A DNA stretch of 64,000 nt from an uncultured delta proteobacterium. GTDB lineage: Bacteria > Desulfobacterota > Binatia > Binatales > Binataceae. The translations under genes and the position numbers were made by a program. The notes beneath the pieces are model-generated. The model searched no databases, was not told where the DNA came from, and worked only from the letters and a program-made list of their open reading frames with translations. The DNA lies in the NCBI GenBank assembly GCA_963711565.1, contig CAVQEQ010000001.1:1024001-1088000 (forward strand), given 5' to 3'. Below are positions 38,480-49,737 of the stretch, piece by piece (the first letter of the stretch is position 1; the number at the start of each line of letters is the position of its first letter).

Positions 38480-40798
38480 ATGAGTAAAGCACTCGACGGA
38501 ATCAACATCGTTGAATTCGATTCCAACCTTGGCGCAGCTTACGCCACGATGCTGCTCGCGGAAAACGGCGCGCGCGCCATCAAGGTCGAACCAGTCGGCG
38601 GCTCGCGCGATCGCGCCACCTCGCACTTCCACGTCCTCAACCGCAGCAAGCGCACGTTGGAGCTGGACCTCGACAACAGCGCGTCGCAGGCTCGTGTCGC
38701 CGACCTGGTCCGATGGGCTGATATCGTCGTCACCGGCTTCACGCCGGCGCGGCTGCGACAACTGAACCTCGATCCCGAATCCATTCGACGGATAAATCCG
38801 CGCGCGATTGCGCTCGGCGTGCCTGCGCTCGGCAGCCGCGGTCCCGACGCCGACTTCGATGCCAACGACGCAATCGTCGCCGCGCGCGGCGCAATCACCG
38901 GGACTCAATGGGCGCGCAGCGGCAATCCTGTCGCGCTGGTTTTTCCGGCGGCGAGTTATTCGGCGGGCGTGATGGCGGCGACGGCGGCAGTCGCGGCGCT
39001 CCTCGCGCGCGGCGACAGCGGAACAGGGCAGGCGGTCGAAGTGTCGCTTCTGGCCGGCGCGTTCTCGCTCCATACCGGCGCCATCCTGCGTCACGAGAAA
39101 ATGACGGCTCTCTATCACGGGCCGCAGGATCCTCTTGGCCCGATTCCGGTTTATCGTCTGTTCGAGGCCGCTGACGGCAAATATCTCTTCGCCGCATGCG
39201 GCAACGCGACCTTCTGGGGCAAGTTCGCGATCGCAATCGAACGTCCCGATCTCGTCGGCGATCCGCGTTTCGAAAATGCGCCGTGGGGGATTGCGGCCGA
39301 GCACTGGCAGCCGCTCAAGGACATCATCGAGCCGATCATCCGCACGCGGCCGCGCGACGAATGGCTGAGCATCCTGCGCGAGTCCGACGTTCCGTGCGCC
39401 CCGGTGATGTCCCGTCAGGAGTTCATCGAACACCCGCAGACGCGCGCACTCGGCATGCGCCACGAAATCGACGACCCCACGCTCGGCCGCATGATTCAGA
39501 TGGGCCTGCCCGTGTTTCTCAACGACACCCCCGGCGCAATTACCGGCCCGACTCCAAAAGTCGGCGACGACCGCGCGGCGCTGCAGTGGCTTCGAGAGCC
39601 AACGCACGACGTTCCGCCGAAGAACGACCAACGCATCGCCGCACGGCCTCCCCTCGACGGAGTCACCGTGCTCGACTTCGCCAGTTACATCGCCGGTTCG
39701 TACGGTCCGATGATCCTCGCGCAGCTCGGCGCCAGAGTTATCAAGATCGAAAGCCTCGAGGGCGATTCGTTTCGTCATTTCGGTTTCGGTTTTCTCGGTT
39801 GGAACCAGGGTAAGCGCGGCATCTCGCTCAATCTTGCGACGCCGCAAGGCCGCGAAATAATTTACGGCCTCGCGGACAAGGCCGACATCGTGGTCGAGAA
39901 TCTGCGCCCCGGCCGGATGCGCAAGTTCGGCTTCGACTACGAAACGCTGGCGGCGCGCAACCCCCGCATCATCTATATGTCAGTCAACGCGTTCGGAAAT
40001 CGCGGACCCGAGCACAATCAACCCGGCTTCGATCCGCTGCTGCAGGCGCGTTCGGGCGTGATGGCGGCGCAGGGCGGCCATCACGGGCATCCGGTTTACC
40101 TCACCTGTGCGATTTGCGACTACGGCGCCGCGATGCTCTCTGCGTTTGGATGCGTCCTCGCACTGCGTGCGCGCGAACTGACAGGACGCGGGCAATTCTG
40201 CGAAACCTCGCTGCTGCAATCCGCGATGGCGTTCCAAGCCGGCGAGTTCGCCTTCTACCAGGGCCGTCCAGACATGGAAAACGGCAACCCCGAGTATCGC
40301 GGACGCTCCGCCCTCTCGCGCGCATATCAATGCCGCGACGGCAAATGGCTATTCATCTCACTATCCAATGAAACTCAGTGGAACGCGCTACTGACTATTC
40401 TTCCCGATCTGCCGAATACCAACTGGGATACCGCCATGACCGAACCGAACGAGGGCGGGCTTGCGTCAGCGCTCGCGGAACAATTTGCGAAGATCGATCT
40501 CGACGACGCTCTCGCGGCACTGAGAAAATCCGCCATACCCGCGACGCGGATCAACCATTCCCGCGAATTATTCGACGATCCTCAGGTCGTCGCCAACGAC
40601 CTGATCGCCGACTTACCTCATTCGCAATGGGGCCGCGTACAGCAAACCGGGATGCTGACGAAGTTTGCCGCGACTCCCGGCACGATCGACCGCGCCGCTC
40701 CGATGCTTGGCGAGCACACCGACGAGATTCTGCGCGACTACCTCGGCATCTCGCCCGACCGAATCGCCACGCTGCGCGCCGATGGCATAGTCAAGTGA
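38480..40798 (+). CDS. Family III CoA-transferase (CaiB/BaiF), two fused domains
   Basis: Two LDG..V..F/GA..IK.E/N..KR repeats; C-terminal APMLGEHT. Confidence 0.92.
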   Translation: MSKALDGINIVEFDSNLGAAYATMLLAENGARAIKVEPVGGSRDRATSHFHVLNRSKRTLELDLDNSASQARVADLVRWADIVVTGFTPARLRQLNLDPESIRRINPRAIALGVPALGSRGPDADFDANDAIVAARGAITGTQWARSGNPVALVFPAASYSAGVMAATAAVAALLARGDSGTGQAVEVSLLAGAFSLHTGAILRHEKMTALYHGPQDPLGPIPVYRLFEAADGKYLFAACGNATFWGKFAIAIERPDLVGDPRFENAPWGIAAEHWQPLKDIIEPIIRTRPRDEWLSILRESDVPCAPVMSRQEFIEHPQTRALGMRHEIDDPTLGRMIQMGLPVFLNDTPGAITGPTPKVGDDRAALQWLREPTHDVPPKNDQRIAARPPLDGVTVLDFASYIAGSYGPMILAQLGARVIKIESLEGDSFRHFGFGFLGWNQGKRGISLNLATPQGREIIYGLADKADIVVENLRPGRMRKFGFDYETLAARNPRIIYMSVNAFGNRGPEHNQPGFDPLLQARSGVMAAQGGHHGHPVYLTCAICDYGAAMLSAFGCVLALRARELTGRGQFCETSLLQSAMAFQAGEFAFYQGRPDMENGNPEYRGRSALSRAYQCRDGKWLFISLSNETQWNALLTILPDLPNTNWDTAMTEPNEGGLASALAEQFAKIDLDDALAALRKSAIPATRINHSRELFDDPQVVANDLIADLPHSQWGRVQQTGMLTKFAATPGTIDRAAPMLGEHTDEILRDYLGISPDRIATLRADGIVK

Positions 40799-40801
40799 TC
40801 G

Positions 40802-41362
40802 ATGGACCCTGAGGCAGCCGCCGTTATCACCCCGCATCTGTTGGCGCGCGAAGAGCTGCTGTGGTGCGGACGCCCGCATGACACGACTGCTTTACGTTTG
40901 CGCGCGGGCGCGATCATCCTCGTCGGAATCGCGGCGCTCATGTTGCGGTCGCTGCCGCTCGATTCGAACCTTGCCGAGCGCGCTGACGCAAATTCAGTTC
41001 TGCTCGCAATTATGGTTGGAGTGTTAATCGCAGAAGCGATCGTGTTTCACACGTATCTGTCGAACACGTTCTACGGCGTCACCAACCAACGCCTCATCAT
41101 CGTGTCGGGATTGAGGCGGCGCGAGGTGGTGGCAGTTTTACTCGACCTGCTGAACACTCCTCATCTCCGCGTCCAGCGCATCCACCGCCATATTGAATTG
41201 GGCGCTCGCGGCGAGCAGATGTTTCAACCGAGTTATCTGCCGTTCACGAACCCATCGGTCGCGCCCGATTGGACCGGCCGCGAATCCTACCGCCTGCTCG
41301 CGCTCGAAGACCCGCGCAGTGTCTACGACCTGATAGTCGAATCGGCGCACAAACTCGAATAG
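40802..41362 (+). CDS. Hypothetical membrane protein (bacterial PH-like domain)
   Basis: EELLWCGRP, two TM segments, YGVTNQRLII. Confidence 0.65.
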   Translation: MDPEAAAVITPHLLAREELLWCGRPHDTTALRLRAGAIILVGIAALMLRSLPLDSNLAERADANSVLLAIMVGVLIAEAIVFHTYLSNTFYGVTNQRLIIVSGLRRREVVAVLLDLLNTPHLRVQRIHRHIELGARGEQMFQPSYLPFTNPSVAPDWTGRESYRLLALEDPRSVYDLIVESAHKLE

Positions 41363-41386
41363 TCAGGTGCACTCGCGGTTTGCCGA

Positions 41387-42835
41387 TTAGGTCGTCTTGC
41401 TGATGGGACGTCGCTCCAGCCGTGGGAAGCGCGGGTCCTCCTCCCACGGGATTACGTCGGAAGTTTCGCACAGCCACGCGAGAATCTGATCGCGCGATTC
41501 GCGTTCGAGCTCTGCGTACTCGGGCAGGCCCGCGAGATTGGTTACTTCGAGCGGATCGTTCACGCGGTCATAGAGTTCCGGCCGCTCGTACAGCCGGTAG
41601 ATGTAGGTCCACTTGCTATCGCGCACTGCGATCGCGCGGCCCATCGTGATCGGGTCCTCGTGCATGATCGCTGACTTCCGATCGTACGGAAACTGCGCAC
41701 GTTCGAACTGATGCTCCTCGATCGTCAGATAGCCGCCCTCGGAGAATGCCCGCTCGCGATGAGCGCGCGTCTCGCCGCGCATAAGCGGCGCCAGGCTCTT
41801 GCCGAACTGAGTATATTTCGGCGCGACTTCGCCAAATTCCAGCATCGTCGGCGTCAGGTCAACCAGTTCGACCATCTCGTCGCACGCCTGGCCTTCACGC
41901 AGTCCCGGCCCTGCGATCACCAGCGGATTGCGCACCAGGCACTCGCTGACGCCCGCCGGCCACTTCTCCACCAGCCCAAAATCCCCTGCGTACTCGCCGT
42001 GATCGGTGAAGAACGCCGTCACCGTACGCGCGCCGAATCCAGCACCGTCCACCGCGCGCATCACGCGCCCGAGCTGATCGTCGACGCGCGCGATCATGCC
42101 GTAGTAAGTCGCGCGAATCTCCCTGAAGTCGTCCTCGTCGAGCCGTGCAAGCTCGTAGCGATCGTACATCGCACGCATGTAGCGCGGTTTGTCGTCGAGC
42201 CGAGTCGGCGCGCGCGGCGGGACGTCCTTGCGGCTGTGCATCGAGAACCACGGCTCCTCGACCTCGAACGGCGGATGAGGAAAAATCAACGCCGCAAACA
42301 GCACCCACGGCTCGCGCGGCCCGGCGGCCAGCCACTGTTCGGCGCTCTGCACGGTCGCTTCGTCGAAGTCGAGCACCACCCCGTCATGCATGCGCCGTCC
42401 GTGATAGAACGAGTGGCGCAGCTTGTGGCCTTCCGGAAACGGGCACGGCTCGAACCCAACCTCTGGGCGCACGATCCAGCCCGCGAAGTCGGTGCTCGCC
42501 TCGGTGACGCCCGGCGCAAACGTATCGCCGCGCTGTCCGACCCACGCAACGTTGTAGCCGCTCTCCTTCAGGCTCTTCAGCAGATTCGGTTCCCACGGCT
42601 TGAGCAAATTGGTCAGCGTGCGATGGCCGCCCACGTGCGGATACCATCCGGTGAACATCGACACGCGGCTCGGCCCGCACAGACTGTGCTGCGAGAACGC
42701 GTTGCGGAAGACGGTCCCGCGCCGCGCGAGCGCGTCGATATTCGGAGTTTGCACAACAGGATTCCCGAACGCGCCCACCGAGTCGGCGCGCAGTTGATCC
42801 GGCATAAACATCACGATGTTGGGCCGATCGCTCAT
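41387..42835 (-). CDS. Sulfatase-like hydrolase
   Basis: PNIV..DQLR, CGPSR (CxPxR) and TDHGE. Confidence 0.92.
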   Translation of the reverse strand: MSDRPNIVMFMPDQLRADSVGAFGNPVVQTPNIDALARRGTVFRNAFSQHSLCGPSRVSMFTGWYPHVGGHRTLTNLLKPWEPNLLKSLKESGYNVAWVGQRGDTFAPGVTEASTDFAGWIVRPEVGFEPCPFPEGHKLRHSFYHGRRMHDGVVLDFDEATVQSAEQWLAAGPREPWVLFAALIFPHPPFEVEEPWFSMHSRKDVPPRAPTRLDDKPRYMRAMYDRYELARLDEDDFREIRATYYGMIARVDDQLGRVMRAVDGAGFGARTVTAFFTDHGEYAGDFGLVEKWPAGVSECLVRNPLVIAGPGLREGQACDEMVELVDLTPTMLEFGEVAPKYTQFGKSLAPLMRGETRAHRERAFSEGGYLTIEEHQFERAQFPYDRKSAIMHEDPITMGRAIAVRDSKWTYIYRLYERPELYDRVNDPLEVTNLAGLPEYAELERESRDQILAWLCETSDVIPWEEDPRFPRLERRPISKTT

Positions 42836-42845
42836 CTGAATGAAC

Positions 42846-43943
42846 TTACACGATCCTCAAATATTCCGGCGACGGCAGCGGCGGGAACTTTGCCGCCGGG
42901 ATCGTCTGGTACCAGTACGCCACCGACGCGATATCGTCCTGCAGCGGCAGGAACTCAGCGCCCTTGCGCGGATCGCCCATCCATCCCAGCGCCTGGATTG
43001 TCACTCGCAAGTCGCGCGCGAATCTGACCGGGTCCGCGATATGCCAGCGATACATTCCGAATCTCTGCTGCGACGCGTACAGCCCGTCGGGCCGAATGAC
43101 TTGCGCTAATCCCGCATACGGCGTCGTGAACTCGCGATAGCCGCCGTTTTCCTTGCCCACGTCGAAGTTGTACGAGCCGCAGAAGTAATCTTCGGTGCCC
43201 GTGCCGCAGATCGTCGGAAACTCCGCGTCGCCGTCGATGAAAAACTTTATCTCACCCTCGCCCCACCATCCGCTGTTGTGAACGCCCCACGCCATGTACG
43301 TACCCACGTATTGCCCGCGCCCCGTGACGCCGTCGAGAATCGTGTACACCTCTTTGTACGGCAGCGGGTTGACGCGGCGGAACTGCGCGTGGAAGTAGGC
43401 AGCATCAGTAGGTACTTCAGTGAGTACATAGTTGATTTGATAGAATAGTATCATCGCCGTCTCGGCCGTATTGGTCATGGTAATCAGGCAGCGCTTGCGA
43501 AATGGCATTTCCCAATAGCAATTGAACGCGCTGCCGGGATTCACGCACACTGCCAGCGACGACACCTGCGCATAACGGTTCCATCCGCAGGCGAAAAAAT
43601 CGCCGACCGGGCATTCCACCGACGGCTCCGGCGCGCCGTCCCAGTAAATTCGCAGGATGCTCGAGCGCCACGGCCCCGTCGGCGTCATCCAGATTTGCGC
43701 AATCGCGCCCGCCCCCGCGATATCGGCGAGCACTTTCACTTCGCCCGGCTCGATGACGACGTAAGGCGCGACCTTCCATCCACGCCCTAGCTTGCGCGCC
43801 GGACTCTTGGCCGGGTCGGGCATCGCCGTCGCGCCCTTGCCTTTTTCGCCGGTTGGATTTTCGGGACTTATCGAGCGGCTCTCCGCGTTCGACAGAATCG
43901 CGAGATTCCCCATGTGCATGCCGAGTCCGTTGAACGATGCCAT
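42846..43943 (-). CDS. DUF2961 / glycoside hydrolase family 172 protein
   Basis: ISPENPTGEKG, WWGEGE, GTGTEDYF and SVAYWYQ. Confidence 0.9.
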   Translation of the reverse strand: MASFNGLGMHMGNLAILSNAESRSISPENPTGEKGKGATAMPDPAKSPARKLGRGWKVAPYVVIEPGEVKVLADIAGAGAIAQIWMTPTGPWRSSILRIYWDGAPEPSVECPVGDFFACGWNRYAQVSSLAVCVNPGSAFNCYWEMPFRKRCLITMTNTAETAMILFYQINYVLTEVPTDAAYFHAQFRRVNPLPYKEVYTILDGVTGRGQYVGTYMAWGVHNSGWWGEGEIKFFIDGDAEFPTICGTGTEDYFCGSYNFDVGKENGGYREFTTPYAGLAQVIRPDGLYASQQRFGMYRWHIADPVRFARDLRVTIQALGWMGDPRKGAEFLPLQDDIASVAYWYQTIPAAKFPPLPSPEYLRIV

Positions 43944-44008
43944 CGCGTGCGCCTCCTCAGGTCGGGCCGCGCAATTCTAGTCAGGTAGCATCGCGATGCG
44001 GAAGGATT

Positions 44009-44971
44009 TCATAATTCCAGATCGACTGTCACGAAGTCGTGATCGGATATGCGCCGCTTTAGAATCGGCGACCGCGGTGTGACGACCGCCGCCGTCCCCG
44101 CGACTGGACGGAAACCGCGGACCGCGAGCCAATCAAGTTTCGGCCTCATCGATCGCGGGATTAATCCCGAAAACGTGAAAGTAGGGCAATTCGCAACGTT
44201 AACGCCGTCGATCTCCAGCCCATGCTCTCGCAGATGATCGAACAAGGGCTCGTATGCCTGGGGCGCGCGGAATCTGTTCGGATTGGTGATCATCTGCCAC
44301 ACCGTCGCCGCCATCGACGCGCGGTCCGATAGCTCAGTGGTCGTCGTGTTCAAGTCGCCGCCGAAGATCACTCGGCCCGCCGTCGGGAACGACTCCATAT
44401 AATCCGCCATCTGGCGGGCGCGCTCCGCCGGCGTGCAGCGGCTGTGCAGATGCGCGACGCCGACTGAAATCTCTGCCGGGCCGAATTTCACTCTGGTAAT
44501 CAATCCGGTTGGCCTGCCGACGCGCGTCACGCCCCGGTCGCGCCTCGGCAGCACCCGTGGTGGACGCGGATTATGCATCGCGATCGCGGCCACGTCCGCG
44601 AACGGCGCCGAACTCAGAATGGCATTGCCCATGTACGTTTCATTTTCCTTTCCCTGTCGGCTGAACCCGAATTCGCGAACATACGCACAGCTCATCCCAA
44701 GCGCCTCGCCGAGCTCCTCCGCGATGTCGCGACCCGGCGATCGCCTCAATCCGGAATTAACCTCGCACAGCAGAATCACATCGGCGCCCGCGAGCGGCTT
44801 GCGCTGCAGACATGCCAGGAGCTCGCGGAACCGCGCACCGCCCGCCGCATTGAGCAACACGACCCGCAGTCGCGATCCTGGCCGCCGCGCCGCACGATTC
44901 ACGACGATCGGCGGAAAATGCGGCGTCGCCTTGGCGCCAGCCGCGGTAAGATCGAGCGCGTCGCGATGCAT
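44009..44971 (-). CDS. Endonuclease/exonuclease/phosphatase family protein
   Basis: LLCEV, GNAILS, GGDLN, LDW and SDH. Confidence 0.88.
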   Translation of the reverse strand: MHRDALDLTAAGAKATPHFPPIVVNRAARRPGSRLRVVLLNAAGGARFRELLACLQRKPLAGADVILLCEVNSGLRRSPGRDIAEELGEALGMSCAYVREFGFSRQGKENETYMGNAILSSAPFADVAAIAMHNPRPPRVLPRRDRGVTRVGRPTGLITRVKFGPAEISVGVAHLHSRCTPAERARQMADYMESFPTAGRVIFGGDLNTTTTELSDRASMAATVWQMITNPNRFRAPQAYEPLFDHLREHGLEIDGVNVANCPTFTFSGLIPRSMRPKLDWLAVRGFRPVAGTAAVVTPRSPILKRRISDHDFVTVDLEL

Positions 44972-44980
44972 CGCCGGCAG

Positions 44981-47068
44981 CTAGTCGGTCAGTTCCTTCT
45001 GCAGATCCTTGAACGTCGTAATCGGCGGTGTGCACGTATGCTCGCGGCAGACGTAAGCCGTCACGTGGCCGTCGATTTGCCGCTTGCCGCGCACCTGCTC
45101 CGGGATGAATCCGGTTTCGGCGTCCGCTTCATCCGCAACGAAGATTGCAAGATTCGGCACATAGATGAGGCCAAGCCGCTCGATCCATTCGAGCAGCTCC
45201 GGCGAGTTGCGGTCGCCGACAATCACAACTTCGGTCGGGCCGCGCTGATAAAGGTCCACCGCTTCGAGCATGTGCGAGAATCCAAACGGCTGCTTCTCGA
45301 TAAATTCGCGAAACAGGCGGAGCGTCCGCGTTGCCTCGACGCGGTAACGCTCGTCGCCGGTGTAGCCATGCAGCCTGAGCAGCGCCATCGCCGCCGCGCT
45401 GTTGCCCGACGGCGTCGATCCGTCGAACGCCGCCTTCGAGCGCATGATCAACGCTTCGTGATCGTCCGACGTGAAATAGAAGCCGCCTTTTTCCTTGTCG
45501 ATGAACCGCTCGATGATCACGTCGGCGAGCGTCCGCGCATGCGCCAGGTACTTCGCGTCGAGCGACGCTTCGTACACGTCGAGCGTCGCGCCTGCCAACT
45601 GTGCATAGTCTTCGAGGTAGGCGTTGTGCCGGGCGACGCCGTCCTTGAACGACCGGCGGAGCGCGCGCCCGTCCCACATCGTCGTCATCATGAAATCGGC
45701 GGCGCGCTCCGCCGCTTTCAGATAACGATCCTCATGCAGCGCGCGATATCCCTCCGCAAACGCGCCGATCATCATCGCATTCCACGCCACCAGGATCTTC
45801 TCGTCGCGGCCCGGCTTCACCCTTTGTTCGCGCGCGGCGAAAAGCTTGTCGCGAGTCTCGCGTATCTTCGACGCCATTTCGTCTTCCGATAGCTTGAACA
45901 TCCGCGCGGCGTCGGCCAGCTCGATCGTGCGATGCGGAATATTCGCGTCTTCGAAATTGCCTTCGATCGAAATGTCGAAATACCGCTCCGCTATCGCGCC
46001 GAGTTCAGGACCAACAACGGCATCGATCTGCTCCGGCGTCCAGACGAAGAACTTCCCTTCGACGCCCTCGCTGTCCGCATCCTGCGCGGCGTAGAAACCG
46101 CCCTCGGGACTCGTCATCTCGCGCAAAACGTACTCGAAAATTTCACGCGCGACGCCCAGAAACTCCGGCTCGTTCAGCGCGCGCCCGGCGTCCAGGTAAA
46201 GCCGCGCCAGCAGCGCGTTGTCGTACAGCATTTTTTCGAAGTGCGGCACCAGCCACCGCTCGTCGACGCTGTAGCGATGGAATCCGCCGCCGACCTGGTC
46301 GTAGATTCCGCCGCGCGCCATCTTCGACAGCGTGTGCCGAACCATCTCGGCCATCGCCTCGTCGCCGTCGGCCGCGTGCACGCGGAGAAACAGCGAGAAC
46401 ACGAACGTGTTGGGAAATTTGGGCGCCTGGCCGAGCCCGCCGTTGATACTGTCGTAGTGCGTTGCGAGCGCGCGGGCAGATTCAATCGCCAGTTCGGGCT
46501 TGAGGTCTCCGCCCGTCGGCACGTAGTTGGTGAGCGCGCCGAGCGCTTCCGTCAGCTTCTCGAGATTGTTGGTGACTTCCTTCGCCTTGTCGCGATAAGC
46601 CTGCGACACCGCCGCCAGGATTCGCGGGAAGCCGGGCATCCCCTGCCGATCCTCGGGCGGATAGTACGTGCCGCCGAAAAACGGCCGCCCATCCGGCGCG
46701 AGGAACATTGTGAGAGGCCATCCGCCGCGCCCCGTGATCAGCTGCACTGCGTCCATGTAAATCTGATCGAGGTCGGGCCGCTCTTCACGATCCACCTTGA
46801 TCGGTACGAAATTCTCGTTGATCAGCCGCGCGATCGCGTCGTTCTCGAACGACTCGCGCTCCATCACGTGGCACCAATGACACGCCGAGTAGCCGATCGA
46901 CAGCATGATCGGCTTGTTCTCCGTCCGGGCTCGCGCGAGCGCGTCGGGCCCCCACGCATACCAATCGACTGGATTGTACGCATGCTGGCGCAGGTACGGA
47001 CTCTGCTCGTTGATTAACCGGTTCGGCTTGCGCCCGGAATGACTCTCGGGATTTTTCGCTTGGCTCAT
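44981..47068 (-). CDS. YyaL/DUF255 thioredoxin-domain protein
   Basis: [24 protein letters not shown] and [11 protein letters not shown]. Confidence 0.93.
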   Translation of the reverse strand: MSQAKNPESHSGRKPNRLINEQSPYLRQHAYNPVDWYAWGPDALARARTENKPIMLSIGYSACHWCHVMERESFENDAIARLINENFVPIKVDREERPDLDQIYMDAVQLITGRGGWPLTMFLAPDGRPFFGGTYYPPEDRQGMPGFPRILAAVSQAYRDKAKEVTNNLEKLTEALGALTNYVPTGGDLKPELAIESARALATHYDSINGGLGQAPKFPNTFVFSLFLRVHAADGDEAMAEMVRHTLSKMARGGIYDQVGGGFHRYSVDERWLVPHFEKMLYDNALLARLYLDAGRALNEPEFLGVAREIFEYVLREMTSPEGGFYAAQDADSEGVEGKFFVWTPEQIDAVVGPELGAIAERYFDISIEGNFEDANIPHRTIELADAARMFKLSEDEMASKIRETRDKLFAAREQRVKPGRDEKILVAWNAMMIGAFAEGYRALHEDRYLKAAERAADFMMTTMWDGRALRRSFKDGVARHNAYLEDYAQLAGATLDVYEASLDAKYLAHARTLADVIIERFIDKEKGGFYFTSDDHEALIMRSKAAFDGSTPSGNSAAAMALLRLHGYTGDERYRVEATRTLRLFREFIEKQPFGFSHMLEAVDLYQRGPTEVVIVGDRNSPELLEWIERLGLIYVPNLAIFVADEADAETGFIPEQVRGKRQIDGHVTAYVCREHTCTPPITTFKDLQKELTD

Positions 47069-47165
47069 GAATCTCGCTTCATGTTATCCGGCTCGGCGCC
47101 CTCTGTCATTCCGATCAATCTGCCGTATAGCAGAGCATCGAGCGCGCCAGTTACAATTCGCTGCT

Positions 47166-48909
47166 ATGACCTCCGCTTCCGCACCGCGCGATCCCATCGC
47201 CTCGCAACACGCTGGCGACGATTCGCAATTCCGTCTGCGCGCCGCACTCGTCCTCGTTCTCGCCGCGATTCTGTTCCTCGCCCGACTGGGTGCGCGAGCG
47301 CTGTGGTCCTCGGAATTCCGATGGGCCGAAATCGCGCGCGAGATGCTCGTGACGCACAACTACTTTTGGCCGACCATCAACGGTCACGTCTATTACGACA
47401 AGCCGCTCGGTTCGTACTGGCTCGTAATTTTTTCGACACCGTTCACAGGCGGCCTCAATGAGGCTGCCACGCGCCTGCCCAGCGCGATCGCAGGACTGCT
47501 CGCAGTACTGCTGCTCATGCTGCTGACGCGACGCCTCTACGATGCTCGCACCGGCTTGCTCAGCGGAATCATTCTCGCGACCAGCTTCAGCTTCGTATTC
47601 TTTTCGCGCGACGCGAGCGCCGACGTCGAAACGATCACCGGCGAACTCGCCGCACTGCTGCTCTTCAATCACTTCGAAGATCGCGGCGGCGGAATCTGGA
47701 TCGTTGGCCTCTGGCTGATCATGGCCGCAACTTCACTCACCAAGGGCTTGCTGGGATTCGTCCTGCCGCTATTGGTGATTGGCGCGTACTCCTGTCTCCG
47801 CGACGGTTCGTCGCAATTCTTTCAGGAAATTCTCACCGGCTCGATTGGTGATCGCGTAAGCAAACTCATCGAACGCAATCGATGGTTCTTCAATTGGTAC
47901 ACCGTCGCCGGCATCGCGGTCGGCGGCTTTGTGTACTACCTACCGTTCGAAATCTCGGCGCGCATGATGGGCACGCAAAAGGGACTCGCGATGGTCTATC
48001 GCGAAAACGTCGTGCGCTTTTTCCATCCGTTCGACCATCGCGGCCCCATCTACCTGTATGTCTACGTCATCTTCGGCCTGATGGCGCCGTGGTCGGCGCT
48101 GTTGCCGGCGGCCTTGGTGGAAACGCACAGCCTCCGTCACGCCAATACCGCCGGCCCGCGCGGATCGATTCGCACTGGTGTATTTCTGGGCGACGTTTAT
48201 ATTCTTCACGCTCTCAGGATCGCGCCGCAGTTACTACATCCTGCCGATTCTGCCTGCCGCCGCGATCCTCGTCGCTCGAGCGCTCACCTATCCCGGCGAG
48301 TTACGCTCGATGATCGCCCGCCGCCTGCTCGCTATCGGCTATGGGATCGTCGCATTCGCCGCGATCGCCGGCATCGTCCTGCTAATCCCAGCCTGGGCAA
48401 TTCTGCCGAGCCCCTACGACGCGCTGCCCGACTTGCCCGACAAATTCGCGTTTATCGTGTTCTGGATCGTATCGGTTGCCACCGTCATCTACGTGATTCG
48501 CAAATTCAGCCCGTACCGCATCGCGATCTCGATGGGCATCATCGCTTACCTCGTGATGGCCTACATATATATCTTCGCGATGCCCGCGGCGGAGGCATAC
48601 CGCGGTGAAAAGCCGTTCGGCTACGCGGTCCTGAACAAGATCGGCGGTGCGACCGACCACCTCGTCCTGTTCAAGACGCAAGGCCCGCTGTTCTATCTGA
48701 ATCCGCCGAATCCGCTACCCGAGTTCGACAAGAAGCAGGACTTGCAGGACGCAATCGCGAAAGGCGACGCCCAATGGATGATCGTCCGCCGACGAGACAT
48801 GCCCAAGCTCGACACCCCGACGACAGTCGAACTCAGCGAGGCGTCATACCCGTGGGAGACCGACTACAATTATCGCAACAAGGTAGTGCTGGTCCGCCTC
48901 GGCAACTGA
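47166..48909 (+). pseudogene. ArnT/PMT-like GT-C glycosyltransferase, frameshifted near 48150
   Basis: E.RWAEIAREM, YYDKPLG and RLPSA in ORF1; hydrophobic continuation in the +1 frame (RSYYILPILP). Confidence 0.8.
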
Positions 48910-48931
48910 TTCGGGAGAGATCGTGAGATAG

Positions 48932-49062
48932 AGTGGCGCGGGCCGCCGTGCCCGCGATTCAATCCTCTGATGCCATTGCCACGATGGCCGCCGCTTGGAC
49001 GCAGTCGACTCGGATTGTTCGCATCGGTGAATGCAGCCGCGGGCACGGCGGCCCGCGCCACT
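48932..49062. repeat. REPIN-like element: two perfect 25-bp inverted GTGG-tagged REPs
   Basis: AGTGGCGCGGGCCGCCGTGCCCGCG at 48932-48956 and its exact reverse complement at 49038-49062. Confidence 0.88.
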
Positions 49063-49116
49063 TGAGCGGGTGGCTCCGGGATCGAGGAAGGGCGAGGCCA
49101 AATGGACGCCAGCGAC

Positions 49117-49674
49117 TTATCGGCTCGGAAGCACCGCCGCGCCGCCCATTGCGGCCAGAGAGACGCCACCGAGATTATCGAGACCCAGGATGCCGATGAT
49201 TGTTCCTTGGAACCGAGCCGGAATCATCGGATCTGCAAGAATCGAATAGTGCTTGCCGTCGTTGGTGCTCATGATCTCAACCCGAAACGCTTTATCGACC
49301 TGAGCAACGGTCCCGGTGAACTGAATTCCTATGAAGTTCGGGTCGCGCGCCGTTATTTTGAAACCCTGAGACGTGAGCCACGAGCCAACCTGGTCGAACC
49401 AGCTTGCGGGCGGTTTGTTCAATTCCCTGCTTTCCTGCGTGGTCCAGAACTTGTGGTAGAGCGGCGACGAAGGGTCTTCGAATTCCTCGTGACGCATCTT
49501 CCATTCCGGCTTATTGCGAATGTCGTACACGATCCGCATGTTGAGCACGCGGCCGGGTTGTGCCGGAACTACAAGGCCGAACGTGGACGCCTGCGGTGGT
49601 ACGCCTCCCGGCAGGGTGACCATAGGCTCGGATGGCGGAGTTGGTACGCCAGCCGCGGCTGAAGACGCGATCAA
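49117..49674 (-). CDS. Stand-alone S53 (sedolisin) propeptide/activation domain protein
   Basis: DPSSPLYHKFWT..E, WLTSQGF, FTGTVAQVDKAF and IIGILGLDN; no catalytic domain follows. Confidence 0.7.
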   Translation of the reverse strand: MIASSAAAGVPTPPSEPMVTLPGGVPPQASTFGLVVPAQPGRVLNMRIVYDIRNKPEWKMRHEEFEDPSSPLYHKFWTTQESRELNKPPASWFDQVGSWLTSQGFKITARDPNFIGIQFTGTVAQVDKAFRVEIMSTNDGKHYSILADPMIPARFQGTIIGILGLDNLGGVSLAAMGGAAVLPSR

Positions 49675-49737
49675 CCAGATCGGGAGCGCTGCTATCAGTA
49701 AGGTATGAAACGTATTTGCCCCCCGAGCGGCCCCGCA

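Noticed and set aside
48141-48160. Shared motif (CCGAGCCGGC if restored) behind the ArnT-like and hemL 2-nt deletions, suggesting methylation-linked errors
   Set aside because: It requires guessing the missing bases, and the same 10-mer is intact at 61268-61277.
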